A stretch of 64,000 bases of DNA from Somniosus microcephalus (Eukaryota): the NCBI GenBank assembly GCA_052327205.1, contig CM126206.1:261888001-261952000 (forward strand), read 5' to 3'. This document shows positions 60,305-64,000 of the stretch, one piece after another. Numbering within the stretch: the stretch's first letter is position 1; each line of letters starts with the position of its first letter. A program made the translations under genes and the position numbers. The notes below the pieces were generated by a model. The model made no database searches. It was not told where the DNA came from and worked only from the letters and a program-made list of their open reading frames with translations.

Positions 60305-61325
60305 TGTTTGGTCTCAATAATAATAAAACACAATAAATAAAATTAAATCTCGCTCCATTATACAAAGGTCTAGTTGCTAACCTACTGCACTCATACTTTA
60401 TCCCTGAAAAAAGCAAAATAAAACCTGAGAAGAAAGAAACAATTGTGCTTTTTATAAATAAAACAGGAGCTATTGTTGACCTCATAGGTAACCATATTGA
60501 AATAGAACCAAAACACCACATATTATGTTGTGTTACTAAATCTTTACAAATCACTATTAAGGCCTCAGCTGTATCCAATTCTGGGCACCACATTTTAAGA
60601 AGAATTTCAAGGCCTTGGAGAAAGTCCAGAGGAGATTTACTAGAATGATACCAGGGGTCAAGGACTTGTGTTATGTGGAGAGACTAGAGAAGCTGGGATC
60701 GTTCTTCTTAGAGCAGAGAAGGTTAAGAGGAGATTTTGTAGAGGTGCTCAAAATTATGAGGGCTTTTGATAGAGTAGATAGGGAGAAACTGTTTCCACTG
60801 GCAGGAGGGCCGATAATCAGAGGATACAGATTTAAGATAATTGGCAAAAGAACCACAGGGGAGGTGAGGAGACTTTGTTTACGCAGCGAGTTGTTATGAT
60901 CTGGAATGCACTGCCTGAAAGAATGGAGGAAGCAGATTCAATAGTAACTTTCAAAAGTGAATTGGATAGATACTTGAAAAGAAGACATTTGTAGGGCTAT
61001 GGAGAAAGAGCGGGGAAGTCAGACTGATTGAATAATTCAAAGAACTGGCAAGGCACGATGGGCCGAATGGCCTCCTTCTGTTCCATAAGATTCTATGATT
61101 CTGTGAATAGATTCTGTTCACTAGGTGTGTTTGGTCTCAATAATAATAAAACACTCAATTAAATCTTGCTCCATTATACAAAGGTCTAGTTGCTAACCTA
61201 CTGCATTCATACTTTATCCCTAAATAAAGCCTGAAGAAAAGGAAACAATTGTGCTTTTTATAAATAAAACAGGAGCTATTGTTGATCTTAATATGTCACC
61301 ACATTGAAATAGAACCAAAACACCA
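60305..61325 (+). repeat. about 200-bp diverged direct duplication (60305-60518 and 61128-61325) flanking a CR1 fragment
   Basis: Both copies read TGTTTGGTCTCAATAATAATAAAACAC...CCATTATACAAAGGTCTAGTTGCTAACCTACTGCA...ATTGAAATAGAACCAAAACACCA. Confidence 0.9.
60555..61105 (+). mobile_element. CR1 LINE 3' fragment
   Basis: LEKVQRRFTRMIP..YVERLEKLG.F.LEQRRLRGD; tail GGGCCGAATGGCCTCCTTCTG..ATTCTATGATTCTG. Confidence 0.88.
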
Positions 61326-63127
61326 TGTATTACTAGTTGATCTCCCATGATCTTGCAGACAGGAAGTCAAGAACGAGTGATCTTCAGGTGACGTGGGGTG
61401 TGGAATATAATTCAAGCTGCATTTTGAAACCACACATTCGGACCTTATTTTTATTTATGGTTAAATAGAAAAACTTAGAGCAACTGGGGAAACAGAGAAG
61501 TAGAGTTGGTTGGAGCTGAGGAGTTTCTCTAAGGAACAAGAGGTTGAGGAATGAGGAGGTGCAAAACTGAGGCACTACAGCACCACCAGTGGCAGACAGG
61601 TGTAATTACAGAATATAAATATAGAAAGGTAGACACAAAGTTGACAACAGAATGTAATGTTTTGTAGACAGGAAGTACGCACGGACATAAAAAAACTCAA
61701 GGTTCCCGGCCACAAATAAGGGGCGGAGTCCCAGTTTGCCAGGTCTCTGCTCCTTTAACGCTGCCCCAGTATTCCCAGTGCTTTCCTGCAGGGCTGGAGT
61801 CTGGCCTCCACCTGCAGAAGCCACAAGCCAGACAGTATCATCTTCATGAGGCACAAGGGGCATTCCATCTTGCCTCTTTTGCCAACCAGTACACCTGCTG
61901 GATGTCCAAGCAAAGAGGTACTTAGAAAAAGCAGGCTTCAGGGCTTGCCCTGGAACCCTTGATAATGAGGAGGCCCCCAGGGGTCCTAGAGGCAGGCTGA
62001 AAAACTGAAGGTAGGCCACAGTTGGCATTGCACACACGAACCCGGCCCCCTCCCCTCCCCTCCCTTCCCACCAACCAGGACTTCAGCTGGATTGAGGACA
62101 TTCTGGTTGCTGATCTCCATCTGCAACTAGGAGGTCCCAATCACCCAGGCCAAAGAGACAGAAGTTGCTCCTGATATTTTGGGCCCTACAGCTGGTGCTA
62201 GATCCTTCCAGGGAGATGACCTGCGCAGAGGCTTCTGCCAGGCCATATAAAACTTCAGCCAGGGAATGGGGGCGAACTTGGGGATGGGCAGGTGATGTAT
62301 ATACAGAGAAGGGCAAGGATGATCTCTGGCCTGAGAACGTTGAGCTATGGAGCTAGACTTGATGCCTTTAGTTTAAATTAACTGAAGAGGTGTAGACTTA
62401 GAGAAGAACTGATTCAGGACCTTGATTAAGGCCATTGATATACAGATGGATAGATTGTTAGTAGTGATGGGTCCAGGTAGAACCAGGGCCCTTCTAAATT
62501 AAGGCCACAGGGAGTGAGGTTGGATGTGCAGAAATTTTCTTTTACCTCAGAAAATGATCGATCTGTGGAATAGCATTCTGGAGGTGGTATTGAGTACTGA
62601 CTGCTGTAGTCCTTCAAGAAGGCATTAGACGCATTTCTGGAAAACTATGAGATCATGGGAGGAGGAAGGTAAGATTTTGGGTAATAACTAATGGGTTGGA
62701 GGTTCATGGGGATTGTCTTTAAAGGAGGTTAGGTAAGAATCTGAGACACAGGTTCCTGAATAGGCTACAGGTCTCAGGAGGTAGTGTAGGGGAGGGGGGG
62801 GGGGGGTGGAAGGGGTTGCCAGGGGCGGGGTGCAGGAAGAAAAGGAAGAGTGGGAATACAGGGACAAGTCCAGTAGAAAGTGAGGCAAGCTTGTATGGAC
62901 CTGATGACCTTTTCTCATACTGAGTACGTAACATAACAAACACAACACATGACTATTGGACTGAATGGTTCTTCAGATGCACCCTAATCGCAGCATCTCA
63001 TGCTTCACATGCCATGGCACAAACGATGACATGTCAAGATTGTCTAGAGCCAGCATTGGCTGATTGGCCACTTTTGCCAAGGTGACACAAACCATTTCTG
63101 CAGGTCCTGCCCTACCTACCTGCCAGT

Positions 63128-64000
63128 GAACATAAGAACATAAGAAATAGGAGCAGGAGTAGGACATTTGGCCCTTCAAGCCTGCTCCGCCATTCAATGA
63201 GATCATGGCTGATCTTCTGCCTCAACTCCATTCACTGGCCCTATCGCCATATCCCTTGATGCCCTTACTAGTCAGAAATCTATCAACTTCTGTTTTGAAT
63301 ATACCCAATGACTGAGCCTCCACAGCCCTCTGGGGTAGAGAATTCCAAAGATTTACCACCCACTGTGTGAAGAAATTTCTTCTCATCTCAGTCCTGAATG
63401 GCCTACCCTTTATCCTGAGGCTGTGGCCCCTGGTTCTAGACTCCCCAGCCAAGGGAAACATTCTCCCAGCATCCATCCTATCAAGCCCTGTAATAATTTT
63501 GTATGCTTCAATGAGATCCCCTCTCATTCTTCTGAATTCAAGAGAATACAGGCCTAGTTTACTCAATCTCTTCTCACACGACAGTCCCGCCATCCCAGGA
63601 ATTAATCTCGTGGATCTTTGTTGCACTCCCTCTATGGCAAGTATATCCTTCCTTAGGTAAGGAGACCAAAATTGTACACAGTACTCCAGGTGTGGTTTCA
63701 CCAAGGCCCTATATAATTGGAGTAAGACTTCTTTACTCCCGTACTCAAATCCTCTTGTAATGAAGGCCAGCATACCATTGGCCTTCCTAATGGATTGCTG
63801 CACCTGCACATTCACTTTCAGTGACACATGTACAAGGACACCCAGGTCCCTTTGAGCATCTGCATTCTCCAATCTTCCGCCATTTAAGAAATACTCTGCC
63901 TTTCTGTTTTTTCTACCAAAGTGGATACCTTCACATTTATCCATACTTTATTCCATCTGCCATGTTCTCGCCCACTCACTGAGCCTGTTGATATCCCCTT
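63128..64000 (-). mobile_element. CR1 LINE 3' part, running off the window; same subfamily as 14620-15700
   Basis: ORF 63222-63944 is nearly identical in protein to ORF 14670-15608; (TTCTTATG) tail at about 63130-63145. Confidence 0.92.

Noticed and set aside
61600-62350. Purine/GC-richer stretch with short ORFs and a CPLC-like motif (possible old LINE remnant or exon)
   Set aside because: No consistent frame, splice pair or recognisable domain.

Overview
Eukaryotic, intron-containing vertebrate DNA; the repeat content (CR1/HER1-type LINEs, Deu-domain SINEs, Penelope-like elements) points to a cartilaginous fish, which is an inference. The only host gene found is rbm24 (+ strand; coding exons 9705-9872, 10039-10162, 10482-10536, 21515-21851; 227 aa). 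It has a GC-box minisatellite in its promoter and a 3' UTR of about 1.7 kb. Nearly everything else is nested transposable elements: many CR1 and L2 LINE fragments; three full-length Ty3/Gypsy LTR elements with TSDs (two Mag-type, and one CsRN1/Kabuki-type with an intact 1258-aa ORF); a solo LTR; PIF/Harbinger deletion derivatives and MITEs; tRNA-derived and Deu SINEs; and three Penelope-like fragments carrying a variant minimal hammerhead ribozyme motif. I see no prokaryotic systems or CRISPR. The best leads are candidate autoregulatory stop-containing exons in rbm24 intron 3, the hammerhead-bearing Penelope fold-back insertion, the intact CsRN1-type element, and an 11-residue amphipathic repeat in a Harbinger Myb/SANT protein. 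All coordinates were read by eye; ends without a TSD or TIR are approximate.
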